The notes under the pieces: model-generated | What the model saw: the letters and a program-made list of their open reading frames with translations, nothing else | Databases searched by the model: none | What the model was told of the DNA's origin: nothing | Shown: positions 63,501 through 64,000 of the stretch, in pieces | Layout of the letters: the number at the start of each line of letters is the position of its first letter | Numbering within the stretch: the first letter of the stretch is position 1 | Source of the DNA: Lingula anatina | Lineage: Eukaryota; Animalia; Brachiopoda | Assembly (NCBI GenBank): GCA_051362555.1 | Contig: CM120642.1 | Location: 14,570,001-14,634,000 of the forward strand | Length of the DNA stretch: 64,000 bases | Direction: 5' to 3' | Made by a program: the position numbers and the translations under genes

Positions 63501-64000
63501 TTCAATTTTTAAAAACCGGGCGACACCTCGAAGGTGGCCGCATTATTGCGTTATTAAAAAAATTCTAGTTATTTTCGGAGACGTTAAAACGTCAGATTTA
63601 GTTGCTAGGCTGATGTAAGTAAAGTTTCACTTGGACAAACAATTCTTACGTTTAGTAATATAAAAAAAGATAAATGGGCCTACACATATACTTGCATTAT
63701 CTTTATAAAAAATATTTTTCTGTTTCTGCTCAACTCATAACTCATGTTACTGGTGTGGGAGTACTGATAACCCGACGCCATGAAGGGAGACGTCAGTTGT
63801 TAATTATTACCTAAATCAGTAGACGTTTTGAATATAAAAATATACATTCAGTCGTTTCTTCTGCCTGGCATAAGTAATATGATCCACTGCTTCTATCTTC
63901 CAGTTTTGTAAATCAATATAATTTGTTTTTTCATTTTTCAGAATAACAAGTCAGCTGATTACAAAATGTGTTTCAGAGTACTTGGGTGACTGAACATGCT

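Noticed and set aside
1836-63618. Most 60-110 aa ORFs in the supplied track
   Set aside because: They are either exon fragments read through into introns (already assigned to genes) or random ORFs in AT-rich and repeat DNA.
63830-64000. Possible start of another gene (TATAAAA, a tttttcag acceptor and an ATG near the window end)
   Set aside because: There is too little sequence and no identifiable coding content.

Overview
AT-rich, intron-rich animal genomic DNA, most consistent with a lophotrochozoan such as a mollusc (inferred from the repeat types and gene structures). From left to right: (1) a secreted M4 zinc metalloprotease of the bacterial LasB/vibriolysin type on the - strand. It has a spliced signal-peptide exon and a Cys-flanked insert carrying a furin site. 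(2) An 11-exon PGK gene (-) whose intron 5 holds an intact, very young BEL/Pao LTR retrotransposon (826-bp LTRs, GCCAT target-site duplication, TSD). (3) PLRG1/Prp46 (+), head-to-head with PGK. (4) An orphan N-terminal-motor kinesin (-) with a degenerate switch I and candidate microexons in the switch II loop. (5) A C16orf87/UPF0547 homologue (+), head-to-head with the kinesin. (6) Nested Helentron-type non-autonomous elements with 161-bp tandem cores across ~38.7-56.6 kb, plus Kolobok-like TTAA elements and MITEs. (7) An orphan 3' half of a MOV10 helicase gene with an apparent frameshift. All exon boundaries were read by eye from GT-AG sites and translation, and no database searches were run.
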